The notes beneath the pieces are model-generated. The model was not told the DNA's origin. It did not search any database and worked only from the letters and a program-made list of their open reading frames with translations. 64,000 bases of DNA from positions 1 to 64,000 of the forward strand of contig JBMORA010000049.1 in assembly GCA_049320885.1 (NCBI GenBank), read 5' to 3'. This DNA is from Thermodesulfobacteriota bacterium. GTDB lineage: Bacteria > Desulfobacterota > Desulfobacteria > Desulfobacterales > SURF-7. Below, piece by piece: positions 16,352 through 25,703 of this stretch. A program made the translations under genes and the position numbers. The stretch's first letter is position 1. Each line of letters begins with the position of its first letter.

Positions 16352-17806
16352 ATGGAAACACTGTCATTTAAAAAACCCACGGTGTGGCTGACCGTCATCG
16401 CCATGGCGGTCCTGATCTGGGGCTGTGAATTGACCGGCGGGGCGGGAGCGGCGGCTTTCGGCGGCCGGGAAGGCGACGGCCCTTCTGTCCCCATGAACTT
16501 CAACCAGTTGGCCACCAAGGCCCAACCCGGCGTGGTCAATATCCGGACGGTTAAAACCCTGAAAGGCGGGGGGCCGGTGTTCCGGCATTTTTTTCAGGGC
16601 CCCTTCGGCGATAAAAGCCCTTTTGAGGAATTTTTCGGGCCGTTTTCCCAAGGGATGCCCCGGGATTTCAAACAGCGGAGCCTGGGATCGGGTTTCATCA
16701 TCGACGGCGACGGCTATATCGTCACCAACAATCACGTGGTGGCGGATGCCGATGAGATCACGGTGCGGCTTGCCAATGAAAAGGAATATCCAGCCAAAAT
16801 CGTGGGCCGTGATCCCAATACGGACCTGGCCCTGATCAAAATAGAGGACGCCAAGGAGCTGACGCCGCTGAAAATGGGGGATTCGGACACCCTGAAGGTC
16901 GGGACCTGGGTGCTGGCCATCGGCAGTCCCTTCGGCCTCGAGCAGACCGTGACCGCGGGCATTGTCAGCGCCAAGGGACGGACCATCGGTTCCGGCCCCT
17001 ATGATGATTTTATCCAGACCGACGCCTCCATCAACCCGGGCAACAGCGGCGGGCCCCTGCTCAATCTGGACGGTGAGGTGGTGGGCATCAATACCGCCAT
17101 TGTGGCCCATGGCCAGGGAATCGGCTTCGCCATCCCCATCAACATGGCCCGTTCGGTGATCACCCAGCTCAAGGAAAGCGGTTCGGTCACCAGGGGCTGG
17201 ATGGGGGTCAGCATCCAGGACCTGACGGACGAATTGTCGGAATATTACGGGATGAAGGACCAGAAGGGGGTGCTGGTCACCCAGGCCTTCGAGGGCGACC
17301 CGGCGGACAAGGCCGGTATCAAGGCCCAGGACGTGATCGTCGCCATCAACGGCAAACCGGTGTCTTCCAGCCGGGAGCTGTCCGCCACCGTGGCGGGTAT
17401 CGCCGTGGGTGAAAAAGCCAAGGTGACGGTCATGCGGGACGGCAAACGCAAGGAATTCACCGTCACCGTGGCCAAGCGAAAGGACGAGGAACTGCTGGCC
17501 AGGCAAGCCCCCGGCGACAGCGGCGGGGAACTCGGTCTCAGCGTGGTGGAGATCACTCCGGAAAACGCCAATCGATTCGGTCATTCCCCAGACAACAAGG
17601 GCATCCTGGTCATGGGCGTGCAGCCCGACAGCGCTGCGGACAAGAGCGGGGTGCAGCAGGGAGACCTGATCACGGAGGTCAACCGGAAGCCCGTAACCAC
17701 CGTGGAGGAATTCCGCAAGGAAACCCGCGCGGCGGACAAGAAGAAAGGGCTGTATTTCCTCATCAAACGGCCCAGAATGGGCATGCTGGTGATCAAGATC
17801 GAATAA
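16352..17806 (+). CDS. degQ: Do/DegQ-family (HtrA) serine endoprotease with two PDZ domains
   Basis: GSGFII, TNNHV, DLALIK, INPGNSGGPL; AGGAGG RBS. Confidence 0.92.
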   Translation: METLSFKKPTVWLTVIAMAVLIWGCELTGGAGAAAFGGREGDGPSVPMNFNQLATKAQPGVVNIRTVKTLKGGGPVFRHFFQGPFGDKSPFEEFFGPFSQGMPRDFKQRSLGSGFIIDGDGYIVTNNHVVADADEITVRLANEKEYPAKIVGRDPNTDLALIKIEDAKELTPLKMGDSDTLKVGTWVLAIGSPFGLEQTVTAGIVSAKGRTIGSGPYDDFIQTDASINPGNSGGPLLNLDGEVVGINTAIVAHGQGIGFAIPINMARSVITQLKESGSVTRGWMGVSIQDLTDELSEYYGMKDQKGVLVTQAFEGDPADKAGIKAQDVIVAINGKPVSSSRELSATVAGIAVGEKAKVTVMRDGKRKEFTVTVAKRKDEELLARQAPGDSGGELGLSVVEITPENANRFGHSPDNKGILVMGVQPDSAADKSGVQQGDLITEVNRKPVTTVEEFRKETRAADKKKGLYFLIKRPRMGMLVIKIE

Positions 17807-17847
17807 CCGGGGATCCATCGGCCGGGCAACGGCCGGTCAACAGGAGG

Positions 17848-17881
17848 AAGGGCGCCGCCCGCCAGGGTCGCGCCCTTTTTT
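17848..17881 (+). terminator. Rho-independent terminator
   Basis: AAGGGCGC...GCGCCCTT followed by a T-run after degQ. Confidence 0.65.
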
Positions 17882-17918
17882 CGTGCCCCGGGAATCCGCG
17901 GAGGGCCTTGGATTGTTG

Positions 17919-19925
17919 CTACTTGAACCCGATCAACACCATGCCCGTCTCCACCGTATCCCCTGGTTTTATATGGGTACTCGCAACCACGCCATCGCAG
18001 GGAGAGGCCACCGCGCTTTCCATTTTCATGGATTCGATAATCACCAGTTCCTGGCCGCGGTAGACCCTGTCTCCGGGTTTTACATTGATTTCCACCACCA
18101 AGCCGGGCATGGGGCTTTCCAGTACATTTTCGCGGCTACGGAGCGCGGGCGGTGGCATGTGGTGGGCCAGTTCCCATTCCCGGGGTTCGTAGATTTCAAA
18201 GGTGCGGATGATTCCGCAGAAAGCCGCTTCGATGAAATTGCCGTCGTAACGCAGGCGGAACATGTTGGGTTCGTTGTTGATGATCAGTTTCAGGCGGCGG
18301 CGGTAGAATTCAAGCGGCGGGGTTTTCACGTGATACGTCCTGCCACCCAATTGAAATTCCCACTCCAGTGCGGATGGCATCTGCCGCAGGCGAATGTGAA
18401 AGATGTCGTTTTCACTCTTGGTGACGTAGTCATGATACTTTTCCGGGATCATGGCGCCACCCACCTGGGACTTCAAGGGCAGAAGGGAATGGCGAACCAA
18501 AGCCACCCGCAGATGGTAGACCAGGGTGGTGGTAATGACCATGAAATGCAGATGCTCGTCCGGTGGCGGGTTTTTGGCGCCTTCCCTGAGCAGATGGGCA
18601 GCGATGAAGTCCGTGGTGAGATCCCCGCGGATAAAGGCCGGATGATTGATCACCTGGTTGGCAAAATCCACATTGCTGGAAACCCCTTCGATATGGTAGC
18701 CGTTGAGGGCCTGGGCCATTGTTTTTCGGGCATTTTCCCGGTTTTCTCCACGGCAGATGAGCTTGGCCAGCATGGAATCGTAAAACACATGCACCCTGCT
18801 TCCGGCGTTCACGCCGCTGTCCACCCGGATGTTGTCACCCAGGGGCTCCGCATAGCGAGTGATAAGGCCCATGGAAGGGATGAAGCCCCGGGCCGGGTCT
18901 TCAGCGCAAATGCGCGCTTCGATGGCCCAACCGTTCAAGCGGATGTCGGCCTGATGAAGAGTCAGTTTTTCACCGCTGGCGATGCGCAACTGCCATTCGA
19001 TAAGATCTATGCCGGTGACCATTTCCGTGACCGGGTGCTCCACCTGCAGTCGGGTGTTCATTTCCAGGAAATAAAAATTGCGATCGCGGTCCAGGATGAA
19101 CTCTACCGTACCGGCATTGCAGTAACCGGCGCGCAGGGCCAGGTTGCAGGCCATGACGCCCATTTTTTGGCGCAGTTCCTCGTCCACTGCCGTGGAGGGC
19201 GATTCTTCAATAATTTTTTGATACCGGCGCTGGATGGAGCATTCCCGTTCACCCAGGTGAATTACCCGGCCGTGGTGATCGGCCAGCACCTGGATCTCGA
19301 TGTGGCGAGGTGCTTCGATGTAACGCTCGATGAAGATGCTGTCGTCACCGAAGGCTTTGCGGGTTTCCTGGCGGCACAATTTCAAGGCCGAGGCCAGTTC
19401 CGCGGGCTCCTTCACCACGCGCATGCCTTTGCCGCCGCCGCCAGCAGCTGGCTTCAACAGCGCGGGGTACCCGATTTTTTCGATGACGGCCATGGCTTCC
19501 TCATCGGTCAGCACCGGTGCCGGATGCCCGGCTACTATTGGGATGTTCAGGTCCGCCGCCAGTTTTTTGGCGGCGATCTTGTCCCCCAGGGCAGCGATGA
19601 CATCCGCGGGCGGTCCGATGAAGGTCAAACCGGCTTTGACCGTCATTCGGGCAAAGGCCGGGTTCTCGGACAGAAAACCATAACCCGGATGAACGGCTTC
19701 ACAGCCCGTGGTCAGGGCCGCTTCAATGATTTTTTCTTTTTTCAGATACGATTCAGACAGCTGGTCGCTACCCAGGGGATAGGCCTCATCGGCCAGGGTG
19801 ACCGGCAGGCTTCGGGAATCGGCGTCTGAATAGACCGCCACGGTGCGAACTCCCATTCTTTTGCATCCGCGGATGATGCGCACAGCGATTTCGCCGCGAT
19901 TGGCAACGAGGATTTTACTGAACAT
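17919..19925 (-). CDS. pccA: acyl-CoA (propionyl-CoA-type) carboxylase biotin carboxylase/biotin carrier subunit
   Basis: ANRGEIA, HPGYGFLSEN, GGGGKGMR, ERECSIQRR, EMNTRLQVEH, biotinyl ESMKME; exact acyl substrate uncertain. Confidence 0.85.
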   Translation of the reverse strand: MFSKILVANRGEIAVRIIRGCKRMGVRTVAVYSDADSRSLPVTLADEAYPLGSDQLSESYLKKEKIIEAALTTGCEAVHPGYGFLSENPAFARMTVKAGLTFIGPPADVIAALGDKIAAKKLAADLNIPIVAGHPAPVLTDEEAMAVIEKIGYPALLKPAAGGGGKGMRVVKEPAELASALKLCRQETRKAFGDDSIFIERYIEAPRHIEIQVLADHHGRVIHLGERECSIQRRYQKIIEESPSTAVDEELRQKMGVMACNLALRAGYCNAGTVEFILDRDRNFYFLEMNTRLQVEHPVTEMVTGIDLIEWQLRIASGEKLTLHQADIRLNGWAIEARICAEDPARGFIPSMGLITRYAEPLGDNIRVDSGVNAGSRVHVFYDSMLAKLICRGENRENARKTMAQALNGYHIEGVSSNVDFANQVINHPAFIRGDLTTDFIAAHLLREGAKNPPPDEHLHFMVITTTLVYHLRVALVRHSLLPLKSQVGGAMIPEKYHDYVTKSENDIFHIRLRQMPSALEWEFQLGGRTYHVKTPPLEFYRRRLKLIINNEPNMFRLRYDGNFIEAAFCGIIRTFEIYEPREWELAHHMPPPALRSRENVLESPMPGLVVEINVKPGDRVYRGQELVIIESMKMESAVASPCDGVVASTHIKPGDTVETGMVLIGFK

Positions 19926-19934
19926 GCGTACACC

Positions 19935-21485
19935 TCACAAAGGGATATTGCCGTGTTTACGTTGGGGACGGGCGGCTTTTTTGCTTTCCAGGAACTGTAG
20001 GGTGCGAATCAGGCGGTGACGGGTGTCCCGCGGGAAAATCACGTCGTCGATATAGCCGCGCTTGGCAGCCAGGAAAGGATTCACATAAACCTTGCGGTAT
20101 TCCTCCATTTTTTCCTTCAGCAGGGCTTCCTGGTCCTCGGCTTCCTTGAGTTCCTTGCGGTGGATCACTTCCGCCGCTCCCCGGGGACCCAGTACGGCGA
20201 TTTCCGCTGTGGGCCAGGCATAGTTGATATCGCAATGGATATGCTTGGAGTTCATCACCAGATAGGCCCCACCGTAAGCCTTGCGAACAACCACACTGAT
20301 GCGCGGCACCGTGGCCTCGGTAAAGGCATACAGCAGTTTGGCGCCGTGGCGGATGATGCCACCGTGTTCCTGCTCCGGTCCGGGCATGAAGCCGGGCACA
20401 TCCACGAGGCATATCAACGGAATATTGAAGGCATCGCAAAAGCGCACAAAGCGGGCGGCCTTTACGGAAGCGTTGTTGTCCAGCACGCCGGCCAGCACCG
20501 CCGGTTGATTGGCCACAAGGCCGATGGTCTTACCCCCCAAGCGGCCCAGGCAGCAGATGATGTTGCCGGCAAATTGGGGCTGTACCTCCATGAATTCGGC
20601 CCCGTCCAGAATGCTGCGGATAAGCACCTTCATGTCATATCCCTGGTTGGGGTTGGTCGGCACCAGATAATCCAGGGCCGGATCGATACGTTCCGGAGGG
20701 TCGTTCAGGTCCAGAAAGGGTGGGCTCTGGAGATTGTTGGAGGGCAGGTAGTTCACCAGCTGGCGCACGGCCCGCAGACACAGGATGTCGTTTGGATAGA
20801 CAAAATGGGCCACCCCGCTTTTTTCCGCGTGCACGCCGGATCCGCCGAGTTCCGTCGAGGTGATGTCCTGGTGGATTACCGTTTTGACCACATTGGGTCC
20901 AGTCACGAACATATAGGAGGTGCGTTCCACCATGAAGATGAAATCGGTTATGGAGGGACTGTAAACCGCGCCTCCAGCGCAGGGCCCCATGATGCAGGAA
21001 ATCTGGGGAATGACCCCGCTGGCCTTGACATTGCGGTGGAAAATTTCGCCATAGGCGGCCAGGGCATCCACGCCTTCCTGGATGCGCGCGCCGCCGGAAT
21101 CGTTCAGGCCGATGAGGGGTGAGCCCACTCGCAGGGATAAATCCATGACTTTGCAGATTTTCTGCGAATGGCCTTCCCCCAGGGAGCCGCCGATGACGGT
21201 GAAGTCCTGACTGAAGACGAATACTTCCCGGCCATTGATCTTGCCGTGGCCGGTGATGACGCCGTCGCCTGGACAGGTGGCGCCGGAGCTAAGGCCGTCA
21301 CGGCCGACTTTCAGGATATCGAATTCCTCAAACGAGCCTTTGTCCAATAGCAGATCAATTCGCTCCCGGGCGGTGAGTTTACCGGCCTGATGTTGGACCC
21401 GGATACGCTCTTCCCCACCGCTCTGCAGGGCCACATCCCGCAGATTGGCCAGCTCCAGAATGTTTTTATGCATGATATCCGCCAT
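19935..21485 (-). CDS. pccB: acyl-CoA carboxylase carboxyltransferase subunit
   Basis: GKLTARERI, SGGARIQEG, GPCAGGAVYSP, RKAYGGAY, KHGNIPL; start placed at 21485 because of the promoter at 21582-21610. Confidence 0.88.
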   Translation of the reverse strand: MADIMHKNILELANLRDVALQSGGEERIRVQHQAGKLTARERIDLLLDKGSFEEFDILKVGRDGLSSGATCPGDGVITGHGKINGREVFVFSQDFTVIGGSLGEGHSQKICKVMDLSLRVGSPLIGLNDSGGARIQEGVDALAAYGEIFHRNVKASGVIPQISCIMGPCAGGAVYSPSITDFIFMVERTSYMFVTGPNVVKTVIHQDITSTELGGSGVHAEKSGVAHFVYPNDILCLRAVRQLVNYLPSNNLQSPPFLDLNDPPERIDPALDYLVPTNPNQGYDMKVLIRSILDGAEFMEVQPQFAGNIICCLGRLGGKTIGLVANQPAVLAGVLDNNASVKAARFVRFCDAFNIPLICLVDVPGFMPGPEQEHGGIIRHGAKLLYAFTEATVPRISVVVRKAYGGAYLVMNSKHIHCDINYAWPTAEIAVLGPRGAAEVIHRKELKEAEDQEALLKEKMEEYRKVYVNPFLAAKRGYIDDVIFPRDTRHRLIRTLQFLESKKAARPQRKHGNIPL

Positions 21486-21581
21486 GGCGGCTCCTTCCTG
21501 GGCATGGGCAGCGGCGGAATACGGTTTGGGAGGTCCGGATTCCGTCAGCCGGTTATATTCCATCCAAAAATGCGACGACGG

Positions 21582-21610
21582 AGTATAGAAAAAGGTGGGC
21601 GGGGTGTCAA
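21582..21610 (-). promoter_or_regulatory. sigma-70 promoter candidate for the carboxylase operon
   Basis: Minus strand TTGACA-17bp-TATACT. Confidence 0.7.
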
Positions 21611-21831
21611 TGGACATCCAGATTTGAGCTTTGGTTGAATATTATTTGCAAAAAAAATCAAATTATGTAAAATAATATAAATTTGTTTGTGAACCAAAAA
21701 ATATTAATATTTTTTATTTTTAAAAACAAAATGTTGCATTCGCAAAAACGATTCCGGTTCGGAACCTGGACCGGAAGATGACATAAAACGATGGGTGGTG
21801 CCCATCACCATGACCAAAAGGAAACCAGAGG

Positions 21832-23649
21832 ATGGCACAAGTAATTTCAGACCGGAGAGATGTGGATTTCGTCCTTCATGAACTGTTGAACGTCACCGAC
21901 CTGACCCGCTCGGAAAAATACGCGGAGTTCAACCGGAAAACCGTCGACCTGATCATCGGCGAGGCCCGCAACCTGGCAATCAAGGAAATTCTGCCGGCCA
22001 ACAAGGCCGGGGATGAGGAAGGCTGCCGTTTCGAAAACGGGACGGTGCGGGTCCCGGAAGCGTTCCACCGGCCCTTCCAGCTCTACGCGGAAGGAGAGTG
22101 GATCGCCATGGCCGATGATCCGGAAGTGGGCGGGCAGGGGATGCCGGTGACCGTGGCCCTGGCGGCCACGGAATATTTCACCGGCGCCAACTGCTCCCTG
22201 ATGATGTATCCGGGACTCTGCCACGGCGCCGGCAAACTCATCGAAGTGTTCGGCACCAAACAGCAAAAGGATCTGTTCCTGAAAAAAATGTATACCGGCG
22301 TCTGGGGCGGCTCCATGCTGCTCACCGAACCCCAGGCCGGCTCGGATGTGGGCGCCCTGACCACCACGGCGGTGAAAAATCCCGACGGTACCTATTCCAT
22401 CACCGGCAACAAGATTTTCATCACCGGCGGAGAACAGGATCTGACGGAAAACATCATTCATCCCGTTCTGGCGCGGATTGAAGGCGCCCCCGCCGGCACC
22501 CGGGGCATTTCCTTGTTCATCGTGCCGAAAATCTGGGTCCATGAGGACGGTAGTCTGGGGGAGCCCAACGACGTGGTCTGCACCGGCATCGAGCACAAAC
22601 TCGGGATTTGCGGCAGCGCCACCTGCTCCCTGACCCTGGGAGGCAAGGGCCGCTGTCGCGGTTTCCTGCTGGGCGAGGAAAACAAGGGCATGCGGGCCAT
22701 GTTCCACATGATGAACGAGGCCCGCCTGGGAGTAGGTCTCCAGGGTTTTGCCTTTGCCAGCGCTTCCTACATGTATGCCGTCAATTATGCCCGGGAACGG
22801 ATCCAGGGCAAAAACCTGCTGCAGATGCTGGATTCCAATGCGCCGGGGGTTCCCATCATCCAGCATCCGGATGTGCGTCGCATGCTGATGTCCATGAAGG
22901 TTTATGTGGACGGGATGCGCAGTTTCATCTATTTCATCGGCAACTGCTTCGACCGCGCCGCCACCGCCGACCGGCCGGAGGAAAAAGAGAAGTACGAAGG
23001 CTTTGTGGAATTGCTGACCCCCATCCTGAAAGCCTATTGCACGGAAAAGGCCTTCGAGGTCTGCACCCAGGGCGTCCAGGTGTACGGCGGTTACGGCTAC
23101 ACCAAGGAATACCCGGTGGAACAACTGCTGCGGGATTGCAAAATCACCAGCATCTACGAAGGCACCAACGGCATCCAGGCCATGGATCTGCTGGGACGGA
23201 AACTGGGGATGAAAAAAGGCCGGCTGTTCATGGATTTCATGGCCGAAATTCACAAAACCGTCGAGACCGCCAAGGCCTTTCCCGGCCTGGCCGAACTGGC
23301 GGAAAAAGTCCGGCAGGCCATCGACCGGCTCGGCGAAATCGCCATGCAGCTGGGCGCGACGGCCATGTCGCCGAAAGTGCTGGACGCCTTTGCCCATGCC
23401 CATCCCTTCCTGGAAGTCTGCGGCGACGTGGTCATGGCCTGGATGCATCTCTGGCGGGCGGCTGTGGCCCTGCCGAAACGGGATGACGGCAGATTCGCCA
23501 GGGACAAGGCGTTTTACGCCGGCCAGGTCAACGGCGCCCGGTATTTCATCAACTCCATTCTGCCTGCCACCTTGGGCAAGATGAACGCCATCGCCTCCAT
23601 GGACAGCGTCGTTTCGGAAATGTCCGAGGACGCCTTTGGCGGCAAATAA
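21832..23649 (+). CDS. acyl-CoA dehydrogenase (about 600 aa family)
   Basis: MLLTEPQAGSDVG, GNKIFIT, MMNEARL, QVYGGYGY, IYEGTNGIQA. Confidence 0.92.
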   Translation: MAQVISDRRDVDFVLHELLNVTDLTRSEKYAEFNRKTVDLIIGEARNLAIKEILPANKAGDEEGCRFENGTVRVPEAFHRPFQLYAEGEWIAMADDPEVGGQGMPVTVALAATEYFTGANCSLMMYPGLCHGAGKLIEVFGTKQQKDLFLKKMYTGVWGGSMLLTEPQAGSDVGALTTTAVKNPDGTYSITGNKIFITGGEQDLTENIIHPVLARIEGAPAGTRGISLFIVPKIWVHEDGSLGEPNDVVCTGIEHKLGICGSATCSLTLGGKGRCRGFLLGEENKGMRAMFHMMNEARLGVGLQGFAFASASYMYAVNYARERIQGKNLLQMLDSNAPGVPIIQHPDVRRMLMSMKVYVDGMRSFIYFIGNCFDRAATADRPEEKEKYEGFVELLTPILKAYCTEKAFEVCTQGVQVYGGYGYTKEYPVEQLLRDCKITSIYEGTNGIQAMDLLGRKLGMKKGRLFMDFMAEIHKTVETAKAFPGLAELAEKVRQAIDRLGEIAMQLGATAMSPKVLDAFAHAHPFLEVCGDVVMAWMHLWRAAVALPKRDDGRFARDKAFYAGQVNGARYFINSILPATLGKMNAIASMDSVVSEMSEDAFGGK

Positions 23650-23700
23650 GGCTTGCCCGTATGAATAGAACCGCGGAATAACCGCCTGCCCTTCTCCACA

Positions 23701-23738
23701 AGCCGCGCCGGATTGCCAGCCGGTGCGGCTTTCTCTTT
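23701..23738 (+). terminator. Rho-independent terminator
   Basis: AGCCGCGCCGG-loop-CCGGTGCGGCT followed by TTCTCTTT. Confidence 0.6.
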
Positions 23739-23746
23739 GTCGGCCT

Positions 23747-25315
23747 TCATCCGTTCTGCCCTTCCGCCAGGGGAAAAAAGATGGTCACCACTGTTCCCTT
23801 GCCGGGTTGGGATTCCACGCCGACCCAGCCGCCATGATTTTTGACAATACCGTAAACCGCGGCCATCCCCAGGCCCCGGCCCTGAAAATGGGTGGTGAAG
23901 AAGGGCTCGAAAACCCGCCGCCTGGTCTGTTCGTCCATCCCGGCTCCGTTGTCCTCGATCACCAGACAGACATATTCGCCGGCCGACATGCCGGGATTTT
24001 CGGCGGCTGTTTCCGGGGTGACGGAGCGGCCCAGGGTGCGGATGACGATGCGGCCATCCCTGCCGGTGGCTTCCATGGCATTCCGGAGCACCGCGGTCAC
24101 CACCATCTGCACCTGGGTATGATCCGCCCGGATATTCGGCAGGTTGTCGGTGAGCTGGAATTCGATTCGCCGGTTGTCTGCCTTGAGTTCGGGGATCATC
24201 ATGGCGGTTTCCCGGATCACGGAGTTCAGGAGCATGTCCGTTGTCCAGTATTTTCCCTGCCGGGAAAAGGCAATCAACATTCTGTTCAGACCCGCCATTT
24301 GTTCGACTGCTTTCAGCATGTTATCCAGGTATTGTTGAATCCGGCCGGTATCCGGTTGCACCTGTCTGACCAAGTCGATACTGCCGGTGATCAGACTCAA
24401 GGCATTGTTGAACTTGTGGGCGATTCCCCCGGCCATCACTCCCATGGACTCCATTTTCTGGGTTTGAAAGATCTGCTGACGCAACTTTTTTTCAAGACCG
24501 ATGTCCACGATGAACCCCAGGATGGCCGGCGCCCCCTGGTAATCGATGACGGAGAGCCAGACCGCGAGGTCCAATGTGCTGCCGGAGCGGGTGACTCCCT
24601 GGAGTTCATAGGTGACGGGCACCTGGTTTCCGGCCACCCGTTCCTTGCCCCTGGACCGGATCAGCTCCGCCTGTTCCGGAACAAAGAGCGCTTCCACCGG
24701 TCTGCCGATGATGTCTTCCGGCTTCGCATACCCGAACATGGCCACCAGTTTCGGGTTGACATAGACATAGCGGCCATTCTGGGCAATCCGGATACCTACC
24801 GGGGAATTTTCGATGATTTTGCGTACCTGGCTTTCGGAGGAGCGGACGGCCTTGTGGGCGGCCTCCAATTCCATGAGATTGCTTTTCAACAGGCGGTTGG
24901 CCTCCTCCAGCTCGCCCGTGCGGATACGGACCAGTTCCTCCAGCCGGTCACCGTGATCCTTCAGGGCCCTGCGGGATTTTTCGATCTGCTCGCTGAGGGA
25001 GACCACAACGATGGACACCAGCAGAAACATGGCCATGCGCATATAATTATTGACTGGCGTGTCGATTTGGGAAAGGGGGGACTCGAACAGCTGATCGCTG
25101 GCAATGAGGATCAGGCTGAGAAGGATGGCGACGATAAGGCCTTTCCGCTGCCACCAGAGGGCGGAGAGGATGATGGGGATATAGTAAAAATGGGTATAGA
25201 CGACCCTCACCCCGAGGATGCCGCGGAAATAATAGGTCAAGAAGATCGACAGGCAGCACAGAATGGATATCAGTATGATTTTAACGGCATGAAGATGATG
25301 CTGTTGTTGTATCAT
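23747..25315 (-). CDS. membrane PAS-domain sensor histidine kinase
   Basis: N-terminal TM helices, PAS, GGIAHKFNN H-box, DNGAGM, FEPFFTT, GLGM. Confidence 0.9.
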   Translation of the reverse strand: MIQQQHHLHAVKIILISILCCLSIFLTYYFRGILGVRVVYTHFYYIPIILSALWWQRKGLIVAILLSLILIASDQLFESPLSQIDTPVNNYMRMAMFLLVSIVVVSLSEQIEKSRRALKDHGDRLEELVRIRTGELEEANRLLKSNLMELEAAHKAVRSSESQVRKIIENSPVGIRIAQNGRYVYVNPKLVAMFGYAKPEDIIGRPVEALFVPEQAELIRSRGKERVAGNQVPVTYELQGVTRSGSTLDLAVWLSVIDYQGAPAILGFIVDIGLEKKLRQQIFQTQKMESMGVMAGGIAHKFNNALSLITGSIDLVRQVQPDTGRIQQYLDNMLKAVEQMAGLNRMLIAFSRQGKYWTTDMLLNSVIRETAMMIPELKADNRRIEFQLTDNLPNIRADHTQVQMVVTAVLRNAMEATGRDGRIVIRTLGRSVTPETAAENPGMSAGEYVCLVIEDNGAGMDEQTRRRVFEPFFTTHFQGRGLGMAAVYGIVKNHGGWVGVESQPGKGTVVTIFFPLAEGQNG

Positions 25316-25703
25316 GTGTCGCTCCTCCCATTCATGGGTCGAGACAGACCACGATCATCAAGCCATATGAAAAAGCAAGGAATATGCCGGATATCGCTTA
25401 CAAGGAAAGGCCCGGGAATATCCGGATGGCGTGTGGATGAATGCAGGTCCAACAGCTCCTCCGTTCCGGTACGGGGCAAATTCCAGCGGTGACCGGCCGG
25501 GAGGCTGGGGGCTTTTCCTGTCGGGTTTCTTTACAGGGTGTCAATCCCGACGACAGCCCTTCTCCCATGAAAGCCGGCCGAATTGATAAGCTTCGAAAAT
25601 GACATGCGTTTATGTCTCGCATTCCCGCCTTGACTCTCCAGTTGCTTTTTGACATAAGAGATCGATATGTGGCATGAATGACAGGGAAGGAGAACCCCCA
25701 CGG

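Noticed and set aside
17883..19829. 648-aa plus-strand ORF
   Set aside because: Antisense shadow of the biotin carboxylase gene, with no motifs; expected in GC-rich DNA. The same applies to 21847-23448, 23723-25492, 16364-17818, 50433-52139 and 59882-62260.
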